Below the pieces are notes generated by a model. The model was not told the DNA's origin. It saw only the letters and a program-made list of their open reading frames with translations, and ran no database searches. Both the position numbers and the translations under genes were made by a program. A DNA stretch of 63,730 nucleotides, filler included, from a candidate division NPL-UPA2 bacterium Unc8 (GTDB taxonomy: Bacteria; NPL-UPA2): the NCBI GenBank assembly GCA_003574845.1. It is 8 parts of 7 records of this genome, joined end to end, with 100 filler letters (N's around TTAATTAATTAA, not from the genome) between each part and the next. Parts side by side here need not be neighbours in the genome. Positions count along the whole stretch, not along the records: positions 1 to 15,426 come from NDHY01000017.1; positions 15,527 to 24,748 come from NDHY01000019.1; 6 more parts are not named here. One strand, 5' to 3'. Positions 9,838 to 20,188 of the stretch are shown in pieces. The number at the start of each line of letters is the position of its first letter. Within the stretch, counting starts at the first letter, position 1.

Positions 9838-11903
9838 CCGAGCTCTTCGATGTTCTTTTCTATCAGAAAAACGGCGGCCACGGACCAGCACTGTGCGGAT
9901 GCCCCTTTGGGGAAATGGGGGTCCCGGCCGTCATACAGTTCGGGCAGGGAGGCAATTTTCCCCTTCATAAATCCGTCTCTAAAACTGCAAATAAGCTTAT
10001 TAAGTTCTCCCTTCAGCTTGTTCTTATCTTTCCGGTAAATTTTGGCAGCCACCTTGGCCAGGGGCAGGAGAAGCCATACCCAGACTGTTCCCTGGTGGTA
10101 AGCCAAATCCCGCATTCTCTGGTTTCCCATATACTTGCTTCTAAAAGCGGGCTGCCCGGGAGAAAGACTCCTCAGCCCGTAAGGAGTAAGTAATTTCTCC
10201 CCGGCTATCCGGTAACCGATGGACATTTCCTCTTTAGAAAAAATACTAACCGGAAGCGAAAGAGCTATAATATAATTAGGCCGCAACTCCATTATCAACC
10301 TGCCGTTTTCTATTCTGTCCGCAAAACCTTCACCGGTGAAGAATAGCTTCAGGGATTTGCCTGCTTTTCCGGCAAGGGACTTTAGCCCGGAGAGAGAAAT
10401 GTTCCGGTCCCCACAGGGGATTTCCTCAATACCTTCCTTCATGGCTACAGGCAGAAACAGTTTAAGGAGGTTATACCAGAGAGCGTTTATTTCCACGGGC
10501 TTACCATACCGGGGAGTGACGGGCTGCCCATCCACTTTGGCATCCATCCAGGTGAGCCCAAGACCTGTATGAGGATAAATAGATATCAACCCGTCCTCAA
10601 AATCCACGTGAAAAGGCAGAGAAGGATTCAACAAATAATTTCCTATAACCTCCACAACATCCCTGAGCAACTCGGCCCTGGCGCTACTGGTAAACTTTTC
10701 CCGGGATTCCAGCACTCTTAACCCGAACCACAGGGAAGCGTCAACCGTGTCGTAATTCTGCCCCACCCCTTCTTCGCCCAGGGTATTGGGGATAATGCCG
10801 TTTTCCATATTCTCTCCATATTTTTTAAGTATTCTGTAAGCAAGGTCAGTTCCTCCCTCAAAGTGTTTTAGCGCTTCTAATGAAATCATGGCATCCCTGC
10901 CCCAGGCGGAAAACCAGGGAAATCCGGCTATCAGATCATCGCCGGCGAGGAATTCTCTCATAGCCTGTTCGAGAACCCGCAAATACTCTTTGTATTCAAA
11001 TATGTTCAATCTATAGGAATTTCCTTTTTGGTAGCCGCAGGCTTCAGCCTGCGTTAATTTATTACCTTTAGGAGGTAAATTCATAAGAATTTTCCGGGGA
11101 TGGTTCTTAAAGAGCAAGGGATGATTTAAGGGAAGGGGATAAGTTTGATATCTCTTCTCCGTCTCCTCGATCATTCTCTCAAAATTCTTTTCTTCTTTGT
11201 CCGCAAAAACGAGGCCCTGTTCTTCGCCCGGATAGAGCTCCACGGTTACCCTGAAAGGGGAGAAGATGTCCTCGGCCCCCTCATAACCCCGGATAATCTC
11301 AGACGGATATAGCACCTGGCGATATATAATAGGGTCGGATTCCATGGAGCCGGTTGAACTAAAGGCGAAAGCCTCTCCTTCCTCGTTGGCAATTTTTGCT
11401 GTTCTATCCTTGAGTTCAGACCTATAGGCCGCAGAATCCCGATAGCCGGGCTGATTCACGGTATGGTGGCCTCTCAGGGTGAATTTGGGTCTCAGGATAA
11501 GCCGCAGGGGAACTTTCCCTAAGTTCCTGTATCTTATGACCGTCGCATTGGAAAGAGGATGCATCTGGATGAATTTCAATATCAACACTTCGTCCGATGG
11601 CCGGATGGTAGAATATAAGAAAGCCGGAAAGGGGCGCAGAAAGTATTTAACCATATGTTTATAGCCCTGCGGATAGACGACGTTGGAATAGTTGCTGCTG
11701 TCCAGAAAGAACGAGGCTCTTCCTTCGGCTTCTATTCTTTCCTCAATGGAGGATACTAAATGCATTCTTCTCAGGTCCGGTGTTGAGGCAATTAAGAGGC
11801 CATGGTATTTACGATGGTTAATTAGATTGGCCGGGCCGAGGGCGTAGCTACCCGCAGAATTGGAAAGTATCCATTCGTAGGGCGTAAATTCATAAATGTT
11901 CAT
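9810..11903 (-). CDS. Amylo-alpha-1,6-glucosidase / glycogen debranching enzyme (GH133-like)
   Basis: EWILSNSAGSYA, RKYHGLL, IAGFPWFSAWGRD, TWMDAKV..VTPRYGKPVEINALWYN, AYHQGTVW, AQCWSVA. Confidence 0.92.
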   Translation of the reverse strand: MNIYEFTPYEWILSNSAGSYALGPANLINHRKYHGLLIASTPDLRRMHLVSSIEERIEAEGRASFFLDSSNYSNVVYPQGYKHMVKYFLRPFPAFLYSTIRPSDEVLILKFIQMHPLSNATVIRYRNLGKVPLRLILRPKFTLRGHHTVNQPGYRDSAAYRSELKDRTAKIANEEGEAFAFSSTGSMESDPIIYRQVLYPSEIIRGYEGAEDIFSPFRVTVELYPGEEQGLVFADKEEKNFERMIEETEKRYQTYPLPLNHPLLFKNHPRKILMNLPPKGNKLTQAEACGYQKGNSYRLNIFEYKEYLRVLEQAMREFLAGDDLIAGFPWFSAWGRDAMISLEALKHFEGGTDLAYRILKKYGENMENGIIPNTLGEEGVGQNYDTVDASLWFGLRVLESREKFTSSARAELLRDVVEVIGNYLLNPSLPFHVDFEDGLISIYPHTGLGLTWMDAKVDGQPVTPRYGKPVEINALWYNLLKLFLPVAMKEGIEEIPCGDRNISLSGLKSLAGKAGKSLKLFFTGEGFADRIENGRLIMELRPNYIIALSLPVSIFSKEEMSIGYRIAGEKLLTPYGLRSLSPGQPAFRSKYMGNQRMRDLAYHQGTVWVWLLLPLAKVAAKIYRKDKNKLKGELNKLICSFRDGFMKGKIASLPELYDGRDPHFPKGASAQCWSVAAVFLIEKNIEELGQIFSKDVV
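11030..11053. repeat. Single REP-like palindrome inside the GH133 coding sequence
   Basis: GGTAGCCGCAGGCTTCAGCCTGCG is identical to the left REP of MITE copies 1 and 2; it is translated within TQAEACGYQ. Confidence 0.85.
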
Positions 11904-12034
11904 TCCGAGCCTCTCCTTTGCCGGTCTTTCGGTATTTTTTGACAGCCTGCCTGCGGTGGAAGAAACCAGAGCCGGGAAACCGAATTTTACTTTCTCCGGT
12001 TACCGGCATCTGGTTTCTTCCGTCAGTTCTTTGT

Positions 12035-12244
12035 TCACTTCTCTCTGGCAAGCCGGGCATCAACCGCTGCTTCTGCCGTTACCCAGTACCTACAGGGATC
12101 ACCGCTGAAGTTATCCTTTTCCGCCTGCAAATATGCATGCTCCTGGATCATGCAGTAACGCTCCTCGGCGGTGACCTTTTCAGAAGCCGGTTTTATCCGC
12201 CCTCCTGCCGGACTTCGTTTTACTTTTTCCGTTTGCTTTATCAA
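12035..12244 (-). CDS. DUF2934 domain small protein
   Basis: ERYCMIQEHAYLQAEKDNF.G....YWVTAEAAVD pattern; AGGAGGTGAGG RBS upstream. Confidence 0.7.
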   Translation of the reverse strand: MIKQTEKVKRSPAGGRIKPASEKVTAEERYCMIQEHAYLQAEKDNFSGDPCRYWVTAEAAVDARLAREK

Positions 12245-12449
12245 TAGCCCTCACCTCCTTCCGCGTTCCTGGTCTATCAGCACACCTTTCTCCTTTTCCC
12301 CTGTCCGATAGGAATAAACACAGGGAATGGCGAAGTCAACATACCGTATATCTATCTCCTTTTCCCAGCCCTCCAGAGGTTTATTTTTTTACCTCTCGCT
12401 TATGTTTTTTACTTCTTGTAGAATTTATCCTTCCACTCTTTCGGCTATA

Positions 12450-12477
12450 ATTATAGATGAAAAAACAATCTTGTCAA
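12450..12477 (-). promoter_or_regulatory. Sigma70-type promoter, probably for the minus-strand glucan cluster
   Basis: TTGACA-N16-TATAAT on the minus strand. Confidence 0.55.
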
Positions 12478-13220
12478 CAATATTTTGTCCCCCTGAAAAA
12501 CCGAATCGATTTTTTTAGCTTGTCGTCGGAGGAGTCAAAACCAGTGTAGTGGATGCTTGATTTCTTGGCTTTATCTATAAGAGATACAGCTTGTTTTATA
12601 AAATATCCCTTCATTTCTCTAACATCAAGAGGCTTAACCATCTGCACAGGTAACTTAGATATATCGTCGGGTAACTCTTTGGCTTGATGAAATGCAATAG
12701 CCAGGTAATACTCGTCAAGCCCCGGATCTTTTTGCTTAGACTTCTCTACAAGTTCGTTTAAGGAAAATATTTCTTTTGCTAAGAAAAAAACATCCACAAA
12801 ATCCCTTGGCTCCACCCTGCCAAAGAGAGTCAGAAGCTTATTTGTGGCTATATCAACAAGGGCATCTATCCTAACTCCCCACAGACTCTCCTCAGGTTCT
12901 TCAAATCTAAAGGGACTGTCCAATCCCAGATGAATTGGACATTCCTGACCTCCTTTTATAACTAATATCTCATAAAAGCTTTTTAGTTTTCTAATAGTCT
13001 TAGTTTCTATTGATTTTGCTTTAAGACTATTCTGAATACGGTCCCCCATATAACCAATAATCTCCTCTTCCTTTGTAAATAGGTCAAGGTCCCTGGAGTA
13101 TCTATGTTTTAAATAATGCGCTGCCAGTGCTGTGCCACCCGTCAAATAGAAAAGATTTGACTCCTCTGTCTCGGCAAAGACCTGAAGCAATTCTTCTTGA
13201 AGAGTAGTTAAGATGCCCAT
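12474..13220 (-). CDS. AbiEii/AbiGii-family nucleotidyltransferase toxin (type IV TA-like)
   Basis: FYLTGGTALAAHYLKHRYSRDLDLF, NKLLTLFGRVEPRDFVDV. Confidence 0.85.
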   Translation of the reverse strand: MGILTTLQEELLQVFAETEESNLFYLTGGTALAAHYLKHRYSRDLDLFTKEEEIIGYMGDRIQNSLKAKSIETKTIRKLKSFYEILVIKGGQECPIHLGLDSPFRFEEPEESLWGVRIDALVDIATNKLLTLFGRVEPRDFVDVFFLAKEIFSLNELVEKSKQKDPGLDEYYLAIAFHQAKELPDDISKLPVQMVKPLDVREMKGYFIKQAVSLIDKAKKSSIHYTGFDSSDDKLKKSIRFFRGTKYC

Positions 13221-13223
13221 TCT

Positions 13224-13448
13224 CTATGCCTTTTCATACCTAAAATAATCCTCCCAAAGGGACTTTATCTTTTCAGTTAAACGCAAAGAGGGCAGAACCT
13301 TTTTAATCTCATCAAAATTCAGACAACTTATGTTCTCAAATCTGCCGTGGATTAACACCTGCTGAATCCACCATTTTTTTAACCACGGGTCTTTTAAGTC
13401 CAATTTGTCCAGATCAGCATACCAGACAATATGTCCTACATCTTCCAT
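13224..13448 (-). CDS. Small putative antitoxin partner of the nucleotidyltransferase
   Basis: 74 aa with a W..D...LD......WI.QVL.HG pattern, directly upstream of the toxin; GAGGTG RBS. Confidence 0.65.
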   Translation of the reverse strand: MEDVGHIVWYADLDKLDLKDPWLKKWWIQQVLIHGRFENISCLNFDEIKKVLPSLRLTEKIKSLWEDYFRYEKA

Positions 13449-13488
13449 CTTTACTCACCTCTCTGTTCGCTCTCCTTTTCGCATTTAT

Positions 13489-13517
13489 AGTATGCCTAAT
13501 TTTACATGGCTCGTCAA
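13489..13517 (-). promoter_or_regulatory. Sigma70-type promoter for the antitoxin-nucleotidyltransferase pair
   Basis: TTGACG-N17-CATACT. Confidence 0.5.
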
Positions 13518-13608
13518 TATTTATTTTCGCTGTGTATCAAGACGAAATAGAACCGTCGTCCCCTTTATACTGTTTCAATCCTGTCAAATTATTCGGAAAA
13601 TTGGCATG

Positions 13609-13644
13609 ATTAAAGGGATTATTAAAGGGATTATTAAAGGGATT
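13609..13644. repeat. 12-bp tandem repeat x3 (ATTAAAGGGATT)
   Basis: Three exact units directly before a GGGTCAGG motif. Confidence 0.85.
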
Positions 13645-13650
13645 AAAGGG

Positions 13651-14892
13651 TCAGGCCTCTTTAATTCCTCGTATGGCTTGAATTCTTTTCATGACGGGTG
13701 GATGGCTGTATTGCAAAAATACCTTTAAGGGATGGGGTATTAAATTCGATAAATTATCCACACTCAGTTTTTTCAAGGCGGTAATCATTGCTTCCGGTTG
13801 CCTGTATGTTGAAGCTGCATAAGCATCCGCTTCGTATTCATGTTTTCTGGAGAGAACATTGACCAGAACAGAAAAAACCATATTTATAGGTGCATAGAGA
13901 AAACCAAAAAAGAAGAGGCTGGCATAAATTGAGATTTCCTCCATTTTAAAGGCTGAAAACAATCCCGGGTTGTTTATAAACAAGGAAAGAATAAAGAACA
14001 TTAACCCCATGATGATAGTGGAAATGACCATAAACTTAAGGATGTGCTTTTTCCGGTAATGTCCTATTTCATGACCAAGGACGGAAACAAGTTCATCAAC
14101 AGTATGTTTCTCAATAAGCGTGTCGAATAATACAATGCGTCTAAATCTGCCGAAACCGGTGAAGAAGGCATTCGATTTAGTGGAACGTTTTGAGCCATCC
14201 ATTTTGAAAACACCCTTCATTTTAAAGCCTTGAGATTCAGCATAGCCCTCAATAGCCTTTCTGAGTTCACCTTCTTCCAGAGGAATAAACTTGTTAAAGA
14301 GCGGCATAATTACTACCGGAGCTATAAACATCAGGAATATCTGGAATAGGGTTATAGCCATCCAGCAGTAGAGCCAGGCCAAATTACCGGCTTTACCGAA
14401 AAACCAGAGGATACCGGAAAAGGCTGCTCCACCGATTAGGGCGATTAAAAGCCAGCTTTTTAATATATCCAGGATAAAGGTTTTGACAGTGGTTTTATTA
14501 AAGCCGTATTTTTCTTCAATGACAAAGGTGTGATAGGCGGAGAAGGGAAGATGAAGGATTTGAAAAGTTAGCAACAGGACTCCCGCAAAGATGAGGCCGG
14601 TCAAAATAGGCCCTAAATGAAAATTTCTGGCCCACTGGTCAACGATGTTGAAACCACCCATCAGAATAAAGATGAGGATAATTGCCAAAAAAATTGTATT
14701 AGTAATCATTCCAAAACCGGTGTTTTCTTTCAGATAATTTTGCGCTTGTTTATACTTATCAGCACTATAGTATCCCTCAAATTCTTTGGGTAAATTGACC
14801 TTAAGGTGCCGGATATTCAAGTTCTCAACAACAAGATTTAAAACATAGTTACCCACCAAAACAGTTAGTATAATCACTAAGTAAATATTCAT
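13651..14892 (-). CDS. M48 (Ste24/CAAX-like) membrane zinc metallopeptidase
   Basis: DGSKRSTKSNAFFTG, RRIVLFDTL, HEIGH, EYEADAYA, YSHPP; multiple transmembrane segments. Confidence 0.92.
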   Translation of the reverse strand: MNIYLVIILTVLVGNYVLNLVVENLNIRHLKVNLPKEFEGYYSADKYKQAQNYLKENTGFGMITNTIFLAIILIFILMGGFNIVDQWARNFHLGPILTGLIFAGVLLLTFQILHLPFSAYHTFVIEEKYGFNKTTVKTFILDILKSWLLIALIGGAAFSGILWFFGKAGNLAWLYCWMAITLFQIFLMFIAPVVIMPLFNKFIPLEEGELRKAIEGYAESQGFKMKGVFKMDGSKRSTKSNAFFTGFGRFRRIVLFDTLIEKHTVDELVSVLGHEIGHYRKKHILKFMVISTIIMGLMFFILSLFINNPGLFSAFKMEEISIYASLFFFGFLYAPINMVFSVLVNVLSRKHEYEADAYAASTYRQPEAMITALKKLSVDNLSNLIPHPLKVFLQYSHPPVMKRIQAIRGIKEA

Positions 14893-15130
14893 CTCAACCT
14901 CGCCAATCTGTGTGTTTCTTTAAATCCACCCCGTCCTGCAAAGGCACTATCAAAAGCTATAATTTTGGCAATTTGATAAGATTTCTCCCAGAGTCTGCTC
15001 TGAGCGCAAAATACTAAGATTCCTCGCAAGCTCCCTCGCCTGGCTCGGGACATGGCTCGGAATGACAAGGACGAAGGGGCCAAAATAACAATATAGACGT
15101 GAACGGTTGCCTACTCTTCTATCCCCTTTT

Positions 15131-15310
15131 CTACTTTAATCCCAAATATTTTCTGATGTGTTTTGCTAAGCCGTTATCAATTTCTGCATGCCTTGGGACA
15201 GGCTGCTTCTTACCTGTAGAAGGATTCATGTAAATGTCGTGCCTTGCTCCACGCCTTAATAAAACACATCCATCTTTCATAATCTGACGAATAAACTCTT
15301 TTCGCTTCAT
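15131..15310 (-). CDS. hicA: HicA-family toxin (59 aa, not in the ORF track)
   Basis: MKRKEFIRQIMKDGCVLLRRGARHDIYMNPSTGKKQPVPRHAEIDNGLAKHIRKYLGLK. Confidence 0.85.
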   Translation of the reverse strand: MKRKEFIRQIMKDGCVLLRRGARHDIYMNPSTGKKQPVPRHAEIDNGLAKHIRKYLGLK

Positions 15311-15426
15311 ATTGCAATTTCTTTCATCTTGTGTTCTTCAGGTACATCATCCATAGCCATCAATAGATAGGCATCCTTAATATTTTCTTCCAATTCCTCA
15401 AGAGTCTTTGCCTGGGTCATGATTTC
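15307..15426 (-). CDS. hicB: HicB-family antitoxin, 3' part (cut by gap)
   Basis: EIMTQAKTLEELEENIKDAYLLM...; ATGA overlap with hicA. Confidence 0.8.
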   Translation of the reverse strand, partial: EIMTQAKTLEELEENIKDAYLLMAMDDVPEEHKMKEIAI

Positions 15427-15526
15427 NNNNNNNNNNNNNNNNNNNNNNNNNNNNNNNNNNNNNNNNNNNNTTAATTAATTAANNNNNNNNNNNNNNNNNN
15501 NNNNNNNNNNNNNNNNNNNNNNNNNN
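15427..15526. other. Artificial contig linker
   Basis: N44-TTAATTAATTAA-N44. Confidence 0.98.
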
Positions 15527-15611
15527 AAGGGGGGGGCGGCCGGAGACCCCCCTCGCCCGGGAGCCGAAGCGAAACCCCGCCGCCCTGGAAAGTAACGGGG
15601 TCAGGTCTCCA

Positions 15612-15863
15612 CTATGCCATATGGGGCTTTAATATCTTCTCATTTTGAATCACTACACTAGGATTTTGATTCTCTTCAGGCACGGGAAGACCTTTCTCTT
15701 TTAAAAGATTAATGTGTTCTTGAATCCCCCATTTGGCATTATAAAGGCAATCCTCTACCGAATGGCCAACACCAGTAAATCCCTCCAATTCAGGAGAATA
15801 GAAGCTAAAAAAGCCTGGGTCTTCTGTAGCTTCTATAACCAGAGAGTATTTTAAGTTAATCAT
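15612..15863 (-). CDS. hicB: HicB-family antitoxin (short form)
   Basis: YSLVIE....GFFSFYSPELEGFTGVGHSVEDCL...I..HI..L...GLPVP. Confidence 0.8.
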   Translation of the reverse strand: MINLKYSLVIEATEDPGFFSFYSPELEGFTGVGHSVEDCLYNAKWGIQEHINLLKEKGLPVPEENQNPSVVIQNEKILKPHMA

Positions 15864-15864
15864 T

Positions 15865-16065
15865 TTATCTTTCTCTCCTCTCTTTTAGCCCAGCGGCTTT
15901 TAAAACAGCATGGCAAGTACCTGTAGGCACTTGCTTTGAACCATGATAATCTACCCGAATTAATTTATCCCAACCAATCTTGCCGTAGTACCGTATAGAG
16001 CCTTTCTCTTTAATAATCTTAAATCCATTCTGTTCTAAAGCTTTAACCAGCTCATTAAATGTCAT
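15865..16065 (-). CDS. hicA: HicA-family toxin
   Basis: ELVKALEQNGF....KGS.......IRVDYHGSKQVPTGTCHAVLKAAGL. Confidence 0.8.
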   Translation of the reverse strand: MTFNELVKALEQNGFKIIKEKGSIRYYGKIGWDKLIRVDYHGSKQVPTGTCHAVLKAAGLKERRER

Positions 16066-16201
16066 TACTTAGCGATTGCTCAAAAATAAAGTTTACTTTT
16101 TGCTCTTCGTAGAATTCATCGCAGCCCCTTGCTATCATAACTATACATGACAGCAACAACTTGTCAAGCGTTTTTTCGATTCACTAATTACCAATCACTA
16201 A

Positions 16202-17693
<1,492 letters not shown>

Positions 17694-17714
17694 TTTCCCA
17701 CAGGAGGTTTTGTT

Positions 17715-19028
17715 ATGGAAGTTGCTCTTCTAATTGCTTTGCTCACCTTGTCTGTAGCGCTGATTGTGCTTATACTTCAGGGGAAGAAATCGGCGTCTGG
17801 AAACCAGCGGCTTGAGCAAATTATTCATGATGAATTTCGTGCTGACAGAGAAGAATCTACCAGAACATCAAGAGGGCTGCGCGAGGAAATATCGGCAGGA
17901 CAAAAGACGTCAACGGAAACATTAGCCAGGACCATCAGTGAAATAGGCAAATCACAAACGGAGAATCTTGAGCTGGTTGCCAGGCGAATCAAGGAACTTA
18001 CAGAATCCAATGAAGTCCGAATTGATAAAGTTCGCAGTACAATTGATGCCCAATTAAGGAATCTTCAGGAAAGTAACGAAAAGAAACTTGACCAGATGCG
18101 GCAAACCGTGGATGAGAAGCTACAGAATACGCTTGAAAAACGACTGAGCGAGTCTTTCAAGATTGTTAGTGAGCGACTGGAGGTGGTACAGCGTGGTCTC
18201 GGGGAAATGCAGAATCTTGCTACCGGTGTAGGTGATCTCAAGCGAGTGCTTACCAATGTAAAGGCACGCGGAACCTGGGGTGAAGTTCAACTTGGGGCAC
18301 TTCTGGAACAAATTCTTACACCGGATCAATACGACAAGAATGTCCAGACTCGAGAAGGGTCGAGAGACACAGTTGAGTATGCGATTCGATTACCGGGCAC
18401 TGGCAAAGACGTGAATTCTATTGTTTGGTTGCCAATTGACTCGAAATTTCCACAAGAAGATTATCAGAGACTTGTTGACGCCGCAGATACTGCTGACGCT
18501 GATGCTGTGGAAAAGGCTACAGGAGCCCTTGCTCGTGCAATTCAAACTTCAGCGAAAGTCATTGCAGATAAATATCTTGACCCTCCAAGAACAACCGACT
18601 TCGCAATAATGTTCTTGCCCACTGAGGGCCTGTATGCTGAAGTACTCAGGCAACCCGGTTTAGTGGAAAAACTCCAGCAGACTTACCGAATTGTAGTTGT
18701 TGGCCCTACCACACTTACAGCAACCTTAAGCAGCTTACGAATGGGCTTTCGCACATTGGCCATAGAGAAGCGATCCAGTGAGGTTTGGGATGTTCTCGCA
18801 GCAGTTAAGACGGAATTCGGTAGATTCGGTGATATTCTCATCAAAGTCAAAAAAAACTTAGACTCAGCTTCAGATACCATTGATCAAACTGGTGTTCGGA
18901 CAAGAGCTATAGAGCGGAAATTGCGTGAGGTGGAGCAGCTACCAGAAGCCGAATCTGCCAGGCTGTTAAAGTTTGAACAACCAGCAGCAACTGACATATC
19001 CGACGATGAAAATGAAGTCAAAATTTAA
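17715..19028 (+). CDS. rmuC: DNA recombination protein RmuC
   Basis: NVKARGTWGEVQL, LPIDSKFP, FAIMFLPTEGLYAE, GFRTLAIEKRSSEVW. Confidence 0.95.
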   Translation: MEVALLIALLTLSVALIVLILQGKKSASGNQRLEQIIHDEFRADREESTRTSRGLREEISAGQKTSTETLARTISEIGKSQTENLELVARRIKELTESNEVRIDKVRSTIDAQLRNLQESNEKKLDQMRQTVDEKLQNTLEKRLSESFKIVSERLEVVQRGLGEMQNLATGVGDLKRVLTNVKARGTWGEVQLGALLEQILTPDQYDKNVQTREGSRDTVEYAIRLPGTGKDVNSIVWLPIDSKFPQEDYQRLVDAADTADADAVEKATGALARAIQTSAKVIADKYLDPPRTTDFAIMFLPTEGLYAEVLRQPGLVEKLQQTYRIVVVGPTTLTATLSSLRMGFRTLAIEKRSSEVWDVLAAVKTEFGRFGDILIKVKKNLDSASDTIDQTGVRTRAIERKLREVEQLPEAESARLLKFEQPAATDISDDENEVKI

Positions 19029-19048
19029 AGAGTAAGTTCCGGGGACGG

Positions 19049-19765
19049 TTATGAAATTTTTATGTCTCCCCAAATACCCATTTTATCGTCTTTAATTATA
19101 AGAACACCTTTTACTCCTTTTATTTTTTTAGCAAACTCTATTCCTGAGGAAATATCCGATTCATCTTTTATAAGGTTACCGATGGCTGTAGCCGATGCAT
19201 CCGCAAGGATAGTGGAAGGGGAAAGGACTACCACCGCATCGGCTTTCCCTAAACTTAAGGAATGTCCCACAGTGCCGGAAGAAGTGCAAACTCCTAAGGG
19301 AGTCTTCTCAGGTGAAATTTCTATGGCTATCTTTTTCGTGAAGGGTGAATTGCCGGCATAAATACCAATGCGTCTAATCCTGGTGGTCTTTACGAATATA
19401 TCGCCTCCATTTTCTACGATTACTTCCGGAGTATAATCCAATAAATCTTTACCTACGAATTCAGCAATTGCCCCGGCTACCGCTGCCATTGGGCCCACCC
19501 CCGCTTTCCTTCCTGTTTTAGCCATTTCTCTGGCGATAACGGGAGCATCTTCCCCCAGGGAAATGGGTTCAAGACTATTTTCAAAAGCTGGATTCCGCCC
19601 GATATATTTCTCCAGAATTAATCTATATTTGGAAACCAACTTATATGCTTTCCCGGCTAAATTATTTTGTGCTCGAATATATAAATCGCTTTCCTTTACT
19701 ACTACATTGAAGGAAACTAAGTCTTTATCCTCACACCAATTACGATAGAATCTTATCTCCGACAT
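19049..19765 (-). CDS. UPF0280 / ApbE-like protein (COG2122)
   Basis: VGPMAAVAGAIA, IVENGGDI, CTSSGTVGHSLSLGKADA, ADASATAIGN. Confidence 0.9.
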   Translation of the reverse strand: MSEIRFYRNWCEDKDLVSFNVVVKESDLYIRAQNNLAGKAYKLVSKYRLILEKYIGRNPAFENSLEPISLGEDAPVIAREMAKTGRKAGVGPMAAVAGAIAEFVGKDLLDYTPEVIVENGGDIFVKTTRIRRIGIYAGNSPFTKKIAIEISPEKTPLGVCTSSGTVGHSLSLGKADAVVVLSPSTILADASATAIGNLIKDESDISSGIEFAKKIKGVKGVLIIKDDKMGIWGDIKIS

Positions 19766-20173
19766 TTAAAAATGGACCTCCATGGCTCTGGGAGGACAAG
19801 CAGGAACACAGAGTTCGCAGGCAATGCATTTATTGTCATAAAAATGAACTTTTCGGGTAATAGAGTCAAGAACCAGAGCACCGGTTGGACATATTGTCAC
19901 ACAAGCACCACAATGAGTGCACCGGGCATCATTGCGAATTACATCCTGGCTGAGTGGCTGAACTGCCACTCCTATCCGGGTTAAATAATTCATTCCTTTA
20001 TTGTAATCATCATCCTGTCCTTTAAGTTCCAACACCAAAAGCCCTTCTTCGCGTGGGGTAACATAAGCTTTAAGGATATTGAATTCCAGGTTATGCTCTC
20101 TGACCAGATTATATACAATTGGTTGCTCAACCAGACGATGAGGGAACCTTAAAACAATTCGTTCGGAAATCAT
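19766..20173 (-). CDS. NIL domain + 2x[4Fe-4S] ferredoxin
   Basis: NIL signature FNILKA; CTHCGACVTICP and CIACELCVPACP. Confidence 0.92.
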   Translation of the reverse strand: MISERIVLRFPHRLVEQPIVYNLVREHNLEFNILKAYVTPREEGLLVLELKGQDDDYNKGMNYLTRIGVAVQPLSQDVIRNDARCTHCGACVTICPTGALVLDSITRKVHFYDNKCIACELCVPACPPRAMEVHF

Positions 20174-20188
20174 TGATTCCTCCTCTTT

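Noticed and set aside
14889-15083. 64-aa ORF upstream of the M48 peptidase
   Set aside because: Its 5' half is a palindromic repeat (GTCATTCCGAGC...GCGAGGAATCT); the rest may be a gene remnant but cannot be identified.
15527-15590. GC-rich structured stretch at a contig start
   Set aside because: Too short and truncated to assign to an RNA or element end.
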